A DNA stretch of 43,610 nt, taken from assembly GCA_038321985.1 (NCBI GenBank), contig JBBQFN010000040.1, positions 1 to 43,610 of the forward strand, given 5' to 3'. Source of the DNA: Cyanophyceae cyanobacterium (GTDB taxonomy: Bacteria; Cyanobacteriota; Cyanobacteriia; Cyanobacteriales; Laspinemataceae). This document shows positions 19,401 to 27,100 of the stretch, in pieces. The notes under the pieces are model-generated. The model saw only the letters and a program-made list of their open reading frames with translations. It ran no database searches and was not told where the DNA came from. The first letter of the stretch is position 1; the number at the start of each line of letters is the position of its first letter. Made by a program: the position numbers and the translations under genes.

Positions 19401-20034
19401 ATTGGGCGATTTTGCTATTAATTTGGGTAATTGCGCTCTCCAACCGCTCAACCCCCGGTGCTGTTCCCGCACCCTTGTGGGATTCTGCACCATTCAATTG
19501 AGCGCTTAGGGTCGTCAGAGTTTCCTGTACCCCCGCGTAATTCTCCCGGAGCACCGAAATATCTTGGCGCAACGGATTCAACTCTAACCCTTGCGCCAGG
19601 GACAGGGTTTTTTCTAGCTGTCGCTTAACTTGTTCCAGGTCCTCCGAATGTTTCGAGACAGCCGATTGGACGAAATTAAACTCAGAATCCGTCGGTAGTC
19701 CCTGCACTTGCTCGCGCAAAAGCCCTAACTCCCGGACAAATTTCTCCCGGAGTTCGATATCATTTCCCCCGATTGGGGTTTCCTGCGCTAACCGACGGCG
19801 ATTAGCCAAACTCAGGACCGCAGACAGGGATAGCGGAGTTGCAGCATAAACAATCTGCTGCGTCGCGATCGCTGCCACTGACCCCGCCACGGAACCCGCA
19901 ACGGATAAATATTCCAGAATCTCTAGCCAACTTCGCTTAGTCATTTTCAATGGAGAGGCCGATTTTTGGTTTGTATGGGGATTTTTCTGATATATGCGGT
20001 CAATTTTACCCTGGGAGTTATCCTCCTGCGGCAA
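16483..20034 (-). CDS. Membrane-anchored long coiled-coil protein with degenerate PLD-like domain and 7 C-terminal TPRs
   Basis: N-terminal hydrophobic hairpin; about 650 aa of heptad-rich sequence; AQHRLILVCPW...GVQVEIGWG...THENFLVCD (PLD-like); seven AYxNRG-type TPRs. Start is TTG 20034 or ATG 19944. Confidence 0.85.
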   Translation of the reverse strand: MPQEDNSQGKIDRIYQKNPHTNQKSASPLKMTKRSWLEILEYLSVAGSVAGSVAAIATQQIVYAATPLSLSAVLSLANRRRLAQETPIGGNDIELREKFVRELGLLREQVQGLPTDSEFNFVQSAVSKHSEDLEQVKRQLEKTLSLAQGLELNPLRQDISVLRENYAGVQETLTTLSAQLNGAESHKGAGTAPGVERLESAITQINSKIAQFQNKLSKLETGGGAPDLSPVLSEIAHIEQRLEAVRESATQAIEQEIAGLRADLEARISAENPQEFGAEQVNSLSSAIAQLQERQQQLERAIAPVSELRSQLEQLNQKVAAQPDIEQVERLRTSLSLAIALIPQLEQQLDLERLGVLANANASAVDLTGVDEALRKIAESVSEAISDIDTRLAPLEAVNLRRIQEDLAVQTRELEQITTGLAALKQEQGSWQTSLTALRDKIDELPLLVAPSALEPLETALTTLKERVDVLSAFPYPELQAQLEQLADRVNNLPSAIASQSDVEQLNQALVEVTQNLAEVRELTDSLENQSEVSSRLSQLDQIVSGLSSRIDETLPQEREQLRQEVQSLREQLEWQGNGVPNTVSNEVTHQIHQLLEQFNTRPELEQIETLSASVSELDRRLEQLPTPSKSLGQEKDAEVIDVLRLEISELRSTLAQVSESLGQLSDVTPERIERLEAALGQLEGQLEQWRSRPVQGAVQPQIEQLSQQLKALANHPEVPHNASDRGHLQSLISPAIAQQLDQIESLLEGIKAHQYELVFDRPSIRTQLFEAIDTAQHRLILVCPWVSRAGLDGVLLQKLEGLLKQGVQVEIGWGHLRDIEAGEFPIRINENWQLDPMAKRGLYDALNDLEHLRTQYGDRLQLKVLGTHENFLVCDDSWAMLATHHFLSSSDTLPEREVGLRTTDPKIIQGLIERFSEPLLNPANASAYYNRGFERLDIGDYQGAIDDYTRALQIDSNQPTAYNNRGLAKFQVGDFAGAVADYTRSLELNSNESVVYFNRGFARFNLGDYAGAIGDYTESILKAPEQTGAYFYRGEAYGRLGNYQQAAEDYSRAIQLNPQDAVAYNNRGLARYNQADYASAIADYTEALRLKPDDAVAYLNRGVARSSGADYHGAIEDFSQALGLNEKYASAYNYRGRARAEMGDRQGAIMDLQTAANLFSRQGDTINHQQAIAALTTLASGE

Positions 20035-20157
20035 TCGAATTTAATTCGTTGCCCAGGAGTCAATGTAACGTAACGCTGGTTAGTCTCCCAATCCGGACCA
20101 ATCGAAACGAATGCCTGAGCGTCTCCCGAGATTTCCCAAAATTACCCAAGGATTGCC

Positions 20158-20550
20158 TTAATCACTGCCGAGAGGGGGAACTTCAATTGTTGCCTCTCCT
20201 GTAGCAATATCAAGCAAACTTTCTAAACTCATGGTATCCATTGACTGCGGATGCACGGGTTCTAAAACATCAATCAACAACATCAACTGATCAATCGCAA
20301 GGCGAGTAATCTTGCCCCCCTCAATCCGATTAATCTGGGGTCCAGATATCCCGGGCACGAGTTCCGGGTCAATATAAAGGTCCTTCCCTCGGTCCTTCAG
20401 TAACATGGACTCTTGGGTTGCAATGTACTGCCCCAGATCATGTACCGACGTCCAACCCCGATAGTGTCTGAGCCAACGCAGGTATCGGCCTAAATGTAGC
20501 AATCCCACCTGAGTTAACCGGCGATTTTTCGTAAGCGTGTTTTGGGGCAT
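20158..20550 (-). CDS. XRE-like helix-turn-helix transcriptional regulator
   Basis: LGRYLRWLRHYRGWTSVHDLG...GISGPQINRIEGGK has the XRE pattern (LRxLR...GIS..QI.RIE.G) with an insertion. Confidence 0.7.
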   Translation of the reverse strand: MPQNTLTKNRRLTQVGLLHLGRYLRWLRHYRGWTSVHDLGQYIATQESMLLKDRGKDLYIDPELVPGISGPQINRIEGGKITRLAIDQLMLLIDVLEPVHPQSMDTMSLESLLDIATGEATIEVPPLGSD

Positions 20551-20580
20551 ATTAATTTAGCTGCTATCCGTTGTTTTTCT

Positions 20581-20609
20581 TTAAGATAACCAGTATGATG
20601 TTATCTTAA
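20581..20609. promoter_or_regulatory. Perfect palindromic operator candidate upstream of the HTH gene
   Basis: TTAAGATAAC-N9-GTTATCTTAA, 30 bp upstream of the ATG at 20550. Confidence 0.55.
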
Positions 20610-20792
20610 CATAGCGAATTACTGATGAAGAATTAAATTCTATCGGATTTCACGTTATTAATATGTTATCATGTAACTAAAAAAATCCCTGACTTGGGAG
20701 TCTTAGTCCCTCGGGGGTTCAAACCTCATAGCTAAAGTCGGTTAAAAACTCACTAACAAGCAATCACAGAGTTTTACTCGTTTCTTAAGTTT

Positions 20793-20813
20793 GTAGTAAC
20801 GACTTCAGTCGTT
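20793..20813. repeat. 21-nt small dispersed repeat GTAGTAACGACTTCAGTCGTT
   Basis: Exact reverse complement of the two copies at 40372-40392 and 40404-40424; internal hairpin AACGACT-TC-AGTCGTT. Confidence 0.85.
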
Positions 20814-20943
20814 CTCTCATTGTTTGTAGTCTGTTGAAAATTATACAGGAAGTGCGACTGTCTGGGTGAAGTTGGGCGATCGCCCTTACATTTTGTGTTA
20901 AAATAGCCCCAAAAAGCAGCAAACCTAAGCAATCATTAAAATC

Positions 20944-21258
20944 ATGGAAAATGTAATTTCAGAACATATTGAAATCACTCCCGGCGTTTGTGGAGGTAAA
21001 CCTCGAATTGCTGGACATCGGATTAAAGTGCAAGATATTGTAATTTGGTCTGAAGAAAAGGGAATGTCCCCCGATGAAATCCTCTATCATTACCCCTCCA
21101 TTACCTTATCAGATATCTATGCCGCCTTAGCCTATTATCACGACAATCGAGAACAAATCAGAGACCAAATTCGAGAAGATGAAGCATTTTCCACAGAAAT
21201 GGCATCCCAAACCCCGTCACTCCTTCAAGAAAAACTAAAGTCTCGAAGAAATGCCTAA
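20944..21258 (+). CDS. DUF433 family protein (antitoxin-like)
   Basis: HIEITPGVCGGKPRIAGHRIKVQDIV...YPSITLSDIYAALAYYHD. Confidence 0.92.
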   Translation: MENVISEHIEITPGVCGGKPRIAGHRIKVQDIVIWSEEKGMSPDEILYHYPSITLSDIYAALAYYHDNREQIRDQIREDEAFSTEMASQTPSLLQEKLKSRRNA

Positions 21259-21274
21259 AACCATCTGCTTTCAT
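21251..21274 (+). pseudogene. Probable 8-codon stub of a DUF5615 PIN-like toxin
   Basis: ATG overlaps the end of DUF433 as in DUF433/DUF5615 pairs; MPKTICFH resembles the 'M..I.FHLDE' start of that family; a repeat begins immediately afterwards. Confidence 0.45.
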
Positions 21275-21275
21275 T

Positions 21276-21328
21276 GTAAGGAATTCAGTCGTTATCTTTC
21301 CCAGTGCGTAGTAACGAATTCAGGCGTT
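21276..21328. repeat. Two degenerate copies of the 21-nt dispersed repeat
   Basis: GTAAGGAATTCAGTCGTT (21276-21293) and GTAGTAACGAATTCAGGCGTT (21308-21328), each with 2 mismatches to the consensus. Confidence 0.75.
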
Positions 21329-21337
21329 AGTTACCCC

Positions 21338-22855
21338 CTAATTTTTTTTAAAAACCCGTCTCATCAAACTCCAAAACCAAATTCCTACCCTTACCAATCC
21401 CATCGCACAAAAACCCACACTCAAACTCCCCAGTATCGCCAAGGTTATCGGATGTGGAGACAAATTCCAGGGAAACAACTGCAATGGTAGGGGCGGATCG
21501 GCGGGTTTTATGTAATAGGGTAACGTCGCCGCAGTTACGCCAGAAACTCCAATTCCTAAACCAACCAGGGTGACAACCCGTTGCAGTTTTCGTTCTTCCT
21601 GGACCTGTTCAATTTCCACAATCCCGCGAATGGTAGAAATGGTCTGTTCTAATAAATTAGCAGCGGGTTTGAGGTAGTTTAAATCCGCCTGAATTTGGGT
21701 GATGAAGATTTGACATTCTTTCCGGGAGAACTCGCCGAAAAAGTCTAGGGAGTTGTTGGTTTGCGATCGCATCTTGTCCAGGAGGCGATCAGAGTTAGCG
21801 AAAAAGTCTAGGGAGTTGTTGGTTTGCGATCGCATCTTGTCCAGGAGGCGATCGTAGTTGCCGATTTGAATTTGCAGAGTGTTGAGATGGTACTCCAAAT
21901 TGCGTAATTGCAGCGCATATTTAGGGGTGATCGCAATTAATTCTTTGAGGGAGACTTTCAGGGATTCTAACTCTGAATTACTCAAGGTTTTGCCCTCATA
22001 ATGACGAGTGATCGTCTGGCGAAATTTCATCTCAATTCCCTCTCGGAAGAGCTTTTTGCATTCCCAGAAATTTTGGCGGCTAAGTTGAAACCCGTGGGTA
22101 ATTTTATGATAACTTAAAAACAATTCGGGTAAATCCCAGAATATTGACTTGAGCTTTTTTGAAGTGGTTTCCCGGATATAGAGTAAAATCAGGAGGCGAT
22201 CGCGCTGAGTCTTGGGATTGCCATACTCAAACATATAGCTACCCAGAAACTCCTGAGATTGATAAAACGTAATCGGACCCTTATCCCCGAACAATTCCCG
22301 GCGCAACTCATCTGCAAATGGCCGAATATTATCCAGTCTGGGAATAATCCAGTCCGGTAAAAAAGCAGTAACCAGTAATGTTTGACCTAAAAAATTAGCA
22401 TGGTCATCCTTGAGGATAAAATCCTTCGGATAAAAGTCTGGAAACTCCTCAACCTTCACCGTATCAAATCCCCGTTTCCGAGGACGATACAAATTCAACA
22501 GCAGCGCATAAGTATCCTCAATCCGTTGAAAATGGAGTCCCAGACGATACAGCGGTTTTGTGTCATTCCCATTCAGCTTAGAACTTGACCAGGACTGCAT
22601 CTGACGATTTTTATAATTGCTATTTTTTAATAAATCAAAGGTTTCTAAATTCGGGTTATCCGGCCGGAGTTCAGGTGGATTAGACTTCAATTCATCAAAA
22701 TACTGAGTTAGGTGATTTAAAATTGATTTACACTGTTCCAGTAAATCATGAGGAGACGTTTCAACATATTCTGATTGAACCGTTAAAGCTGACTTGGTTT
22801 TAAACGCAAACAACTTTATATCTAAAGCATCAACAAATTTAAGTTGATTTGCCAT
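21338..22855 (-). CDS. Hypothetical membrane protein: soluble N-domain, long helical/coiled-coil region, two C-terminal TM helices (CorA-like topology; candidate effector of the CHAT cassette)
   Basis: 505-aa ORF with QIQADLNYLKPAANLLEQTISTIRGIVEIEQ stalk, then VVTLVGLGIGVSGVTAATLP and ITLAILGSLSVGFCAMGLV hydrophobic segments and a basic tail. Confidence 0.8.
   Translation of the reverse strand: MANQLKFVDALDIKLFAFKTKSALTVQSEYVETSPHDLLEQCKSILNHLTQYFDELKSNPPELRPDNPNLETFDLLKNSNYKNRQMQSWSSSKLNGNDTKPLYRLGLHFQRIEDTYALLLNLYRPRKRGFDTVKVEEFPDFYPKDFILKDDHANFLGQTLLVTAFLPDWIIPRLDNIRPFADELRRELFGDKGPITFYQSQEFLGSYMFEYGNPKTQRDRLLILLYIRETTSKKLKSIFWDLPELFLSYHKITHGFQLSRQNFWECKKLFREGIEMKFRQTITRHYEGKTLSNSELESLKVSLKELIAITPKYALQLRNLEYHLNTLQIQIGNYDRLLDKMRSQTNNSLDFFANSDRLLDKMRSQTNNSLDFFGEFSRKECQIFITQIQADLNYLKPAANLLEQTISTIRGIVEIEQVQEERKLQRVVTLVGLGIGVSGVTAATLPYYIKPADPPLPLQLFPWNLSPHPITLAILGSLSVGFCAMGLVRVGIWFWSLMRRVFKKN
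21736..21853. repeat. In-frame tandem duplication (55 bp identical, 63-bp period)
   Basis: CGAAAAAGTCTAGGGAGTTGTTGGTTTGCGATCGCATCTTGTCCAGGAGGCGATC at 21736-21790 and 21799-21853; encodes DRLLDKMRSQTNNSLDFF twice. Confidence 0.95.
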
Positions 22856-23344
22856 TTATTCACCTACAGATTTGAGGGATTGATTGACAATAGGATCGCT
22901 AAGATACATCCCACTTTGACGCAAGCGATCTATAATGGGCCGTGCAGAGGGAATTAAGCCCCTTTGCTTTGCAATCAAAACTAAACCCAAGGTTCCTCTA
23001 ACTGGAATTTTAAGAGTAGTAGCGCAACGACGTGCAGCTAAATCGTCTAAAATGACTTCTGTTCCAGGATTAGTATATCCCCAGGCTAAAACCGCTGACT
23101 CACCTGCACCTAAATCCCAATTTTCAATAATTGAAGGAATTGGAGGAGTTTCTCGAATGACTAACCAGTTTTTAGACGAAAGGGCTTGAAGAGTTATGTC
23201 TTGTTCCCCATAAGTTTGGATTTCTCTGGCTACAGCTTCAGGAACAATGATATCCGAATTGACCGTTTCATGCAGTAATTCTAACAAATCAGTTTTACTG
23301 AAGAATATTAGGGGGGAAGTATTGATAGCCGGAAAGTTACCCAC
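22856..23344 (-). CDS. DUF3368 PIN-like domain protein (putative toxin)
   Basis: INTSPLIF, IIVPEAVAREI, DLGAGESAVLA, VILDDLAARRCA and GTLGLVLIAKQRGLI motifs. Confidence 0.9.
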   Translation of the reverse strand: MGNFPAINTSPLIFFSKTDLLELLHETVNSDIIVPEAVAREIQTYGEQDITLQALSSKNWLVIRETPPIPSIIENWDLGAGESAVLAWGYTNPGTEVILDDLAARRCATTLKIPVRGTLGLVLIAKQRGLIPSARPIIDRLRQSGMYLSDPIVNQSLKSVGE

Positions 23345-23588
23345 GCTCTAATTCTCTTTGTAAATCTTCTATATCGATGGCAAAAACATCAACTTTTTCT
23401 CGCGCCAAAGCCTCCAAAAAATTCCGGCGATTGAGTCCAGCAATTTGGGCAGCTTTTTCTTGAGATATCTCTGATTTTTGATACCAATGAATTGCTGCTG
23501 CTAATCTCAAATCCTTAACAAATTCTTCGGGAGGAAGACGACGAGCAGAAAACACTTCATCCGGTAAATCAATCGTGATTTTTGACAT
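23337..23588 (-). CDS. UPF0175 family protein (putative antitoxin)
   Basis: LRLAAAIHWYQKSEISQEKAAQIAGLNRRNFLEAL; 8-bp overlap with the DUF3368 gene. Confidence 0.9.
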   Translation of the reverse strand: MSKITIDLPDEVFSARRLPPEEFVKDLRLAAAIHWYQKSEISQEKAAQIAGLNRRNFLEALAREKVDVFAIDIEDLQRELERG

Positions 23589-23623
23589 GGTTTGACCTAG
23601 TTTTGTACTAAAGTAAGTTTATC

Positions 23624-23995
23624 TTATTTTTTGTTGACGGGAGGTTTCTTGTCCAAATTTTTATCAATTTCTGACTGAATGAGGCTCAGGTTCAAAACGC
23701 GATCGCGATCGGCTTTCGGGTCCTTCAGTGGCGGTTCTTCCCCGGGTTCAAATATATCACAGCGTACCTGTACCCAATTGGTTTGATTGAATACCGTCTT
23801 AATTTTGTGATATTTGTCCTGCCAGTCTAAAATCAGCCTCGCGATTTCATAATCATCATCATCTACCGTTGCCAGACTCTCCCGCAGTTCCTTTAAATAT
23901 TCTTGTTTTTTGCCAAATAACTCAGGATCAGGGGTAGTTTGTTCTTGGCGTAGTAAGGTTACGAAATCCAGTAAAGTTTGGTAGTTATCGTCCAT
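23624..23995 (-). CDS. Small helical hypothetical protein directly downstream of TPR-CHAT (candidate substrate or adaptor)
   Basis: 123-aa ATG ORF, helical N-part followed by a Pro/charged tail (QVRCDIFEPGEEPPLKDPK). Confidence 0.7.
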   Translation of the reverse strand: MDDNYQTLLDFVTLLRQEQTTPDPELFGKKQEYLKELRESLATVDDDDYEIARLILDWQDKYHKIKTVFNQTNWVQVRCDIFEPGEEPPLKDPKADRDRVLNLSLIQSEIDKNLDKKPPVNKK

Positions 23996-24118
23996 TGGGT
24001 TTGCTCTGGTTTGAGGTATTGGTATTGTTGTATTTTAACATGATTTTGGGACGGAGTGGGAGCATCTGGCTCCCTAGGATTGATAACAGTGAGCAAGATA
24101 GTCCCACTTCTGAAATGC

Positions 24119-24133
24119 AGAAACCCGGTTTCT
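24119..24133. repeat. AGAAACCCGGTTTCT palindromic dispersed repeat
   Basis: Near-perfect palindrome just past the CHAT stop codon; related to the termini at 1454-1586 and 3656-3734. Confidence 0.6.
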
Positions 24134-24149
24134 AAACCTTGCGTCAAGT

Positions 24150-27100
24150 TTACAACCCAATATGGCAAAATGCCCCCCAGGAATGGAGACCTGAAAACGG
24201 CAAATCTGGATAAAACCGATGTAATCGGGTATCGCAATTTTGCCATACCTCCTTCGGCGCTTTTAAATCCTCCCGCAACCAGCGAATTAAATCCTGGCGC
24301 GAAACCGTTCTTAACCCGGTTTGTGCCGACTGTAATGCCTCGACCATTGAGAGAGTTTCTCGGTCAATAGTCCAATAAAATCGCATCATTAATAAAGCCG
24401 TTGCTAAATCATCTACGGACCATAAACTGCTAATGACCGTCACCGTTCCTGCATATAAAAAAGCACTGGGCAAACCGATATAATCCTCTACCAATTGGCT
24501 GGAGTCGATTAACCCGGTTTCACAAGCAGAAAGGACGACTCGACGGCAGTTGAATAACTCTAATTGACTGACAATTTCCCGGAAAGTTAGCCCCTGGGTG
24601 GTGATATCTGCCCGACGGCCATCTCGGAGGGTGAGGGGGAGTTTTGGCGGGGATGCCTCGGGTTCGGTTGCCGATTCCTCGGGGGCTAAAATTAAAGCCG
24701 AATCCAGGGGATTGGCGGCATTGAAAGTGCCGTGACAGGCGAAATGGAGGGATTCGCTTTGGCGCAGTTTTGCCACGGTTTCTGGTTGGGAAAAGGCCCG
24801 TTTCGTGGCGGCGCGGTTGCGTAAAATATAGGTATTCGGGTGAAAGGGTCGTTCGATTTGTTCGACTTCTATATCCGCATAAGGTAAATTTTGGGTGGGA
24901 TTTTGCACCGCAAAGAAAGGTAAAGTTTCCCCCAGGGAGTTGCCTTGGCGTTGGTGGAGGCGTTGCAGCAGTTGGCAACTGGGGACGTAACTCACGCCTT
25001 TGGGGAAGACATCCTGTAAATATTGCGGTTCCGTATCCGGTTGTATCCAGACGGGTAAGGCATGAAGGGGGAATAAATGCAGGAAACGGTGGGGAACTAG
25101 AATCAGTTTTTGGCAGGAACGGGGAAGTTTTGCCAAAATGTCCGGGAGGCGGAGGATTTCGGCGAGGCGTTGTAGGCGGGGAGTGAGATGGGTTTGCCAT
25201 GCCTGTTGCCGTTGGTTGCGTTCTTCTGGGGTGGAGGCGGTGCGAATCTGATTATAATCCTGGAGATATTCGTTACTCCACTGGTTCAGGGTGTCTCGTT
25301 CCTCTGGGGTGAACGATGCGACTTGGATATTCCCCGAAGTGAGGATGAAGGTGTGGAACTCGGAGTCGGATTTAGTGTTGATATACCATTCCAGAATGGT
25401 GGTGTTGTCATCGAGGAGGGATTGAATTTCTGGGAGGGCGATCGGGGTAACGCGCTGAGTCAGGGTAAAGTCGGGTTCGTTGATTTCTTCCAGGAGATGA
25501 TTCAGTTGCTGGATTAACTGTTGCCGTTCTTGGGCAACAGAACTCCGGAAATCCCCGGTATCGGAGAGGAGATTGCCGCCTCGACTGGTTTCTAGAGGGG
25601 GAGTGGCACTGTAGGACTGTTCCGGGGACTCCTGACCCAGGAGGACCGTCAGGGCGGCGAGTTGACGGCGCAGACTCCGCAGTTGCTGCCGTTGTGCCTC
25701 CGTCGCCGTTTTGGGTTCCAGGGAGGCATCGGTCATCATTTGCACCAGAGTGCGCGATTTACTCCGTTCCCCCGTAGTCAGGGCGAGGTCCAGACGCTGG
25801 GCATTCAGGCACGCTTGCACCATCTTTTCATACACATCCAAGGCATCCACCATCAATTCCTGACGGCGTTGCGGTAACTCCACCCATTCGCAGCTTTGTT
25901 CCACCGCTTCAATGGCAAGAGTATAACCTTCGATGGCAATCTCCCACCACCTTTGCTGGTATCCTAAGTGGCCTAAGTTTCGCCCGGTTTGTAGGCAATC
26001 AATGGGAAATGCTTCTGGAGTTCTGATTTGTAAGGCATTGCGATAACAAATCATTGCCTGTTCCAGATTCTGCGCCCTATCCCCTCGGATGCGTTTACTA
26101 TAGGCAGTTGCCAGATTATTTTGGGTTCCTGCCCAATCTTCTGGATAGGCGGTGCGGGTAGATACTTCTAAGGCCGCTTTGTACCCAGAAATGGCCTGCT
26201 CCAGATTCTGCGCCCTATCCCCTCGGATGCGGTAGAAGTAGGCATTTGCCAGATTATGTTGGGTCATGGCCCAATCTTCCGGATAGGCGTTACGGGTTCT
26301 GACTTCTAAGGCCGCTTCTAAAGCAGAAATGGCCTGTTCCAGATTCTCGGCCCTCTCCCCCCGAATGCGGTTACCGTAGGCAATTGCAAGATCATTTTGG
26401 GTTCCTGCCCAATCTTCCGGATAGGCGGTGCGGGTATATACTTCTAAGACCGCTTTGTAGGCAGAAATAGCCTGTTCCAGATTCTCGGCCCTCTCCCCCC
26501 GAATGCGGTATAAGTAGGCAGTTCCCAGATTATTTTGGGTCATGGCCCAATCTTCCGGATAGGCGGTGCGGGTATATACTCCTAGGGCCGCTTTGTAGGC
26601 AGAAATAGCCTGTTCTAGATTCTGCACCCTCTCCCCCCGGATGCAGTGACAGTAGGCATTTCCCAGATTATTTTGGGTCATAGCCCATTTTGCCGGATAT
26701 GCGGTGGGGGTATATACTTCTAAGACCGCTTTGTAGGCAGAAATAGCCTGTTCCAAGTTCTGCCCCCTCTCTCCCCGGATGCGGTCACGGTAGGCATTTG
26801 CCAGATTATGTTGGGTTCCTGCCCAATCTTCCGGATAGGCGGTGCGGGTATATACTTTTAAGGCAGCTTCGTAGGCAGAAATGGCCTTCTCCAGATTCTC
26901 GGCCTTCTGTCCCCGGATGCGAGTCTGATAGCCAGTTGCCAGATTATGTTGGGTGATGGCCCACTGTTCCGGATAGGCGGTGCGGGTATATACTTCTAAG
27001 GCGGCTTTTGAGGCAGAAATAGCCCGCTCCAGATTTTGTGTTTTCTCCCCCCGGATGCGGACACAGTAGGCTTTTGCCAGATTATTTTGGGTGATGGCCC

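Noticed and set aside
20700..20780. Possible degenerate MITE fragment (CATAGCTAAAGTCGGTTAAAA)
   Set aside because: It resembles cyanobacterial repeats from memory, but no second copy or complete inverted end is present in this window to support it.
21251..21490. 79-aa ORF as an intact toxin gene
   Set aside because: After 8 codons it runs through repeat DNA and then antisense into the 505-aa gene; it has no PIN motifs.
23959..24370. 95-aa and 104-aa ORFs spanning the CHAT/small-protein junction
   Set aside because: They overlap the CHAT 3' end and a palindromic repeat, with no protein-like features.
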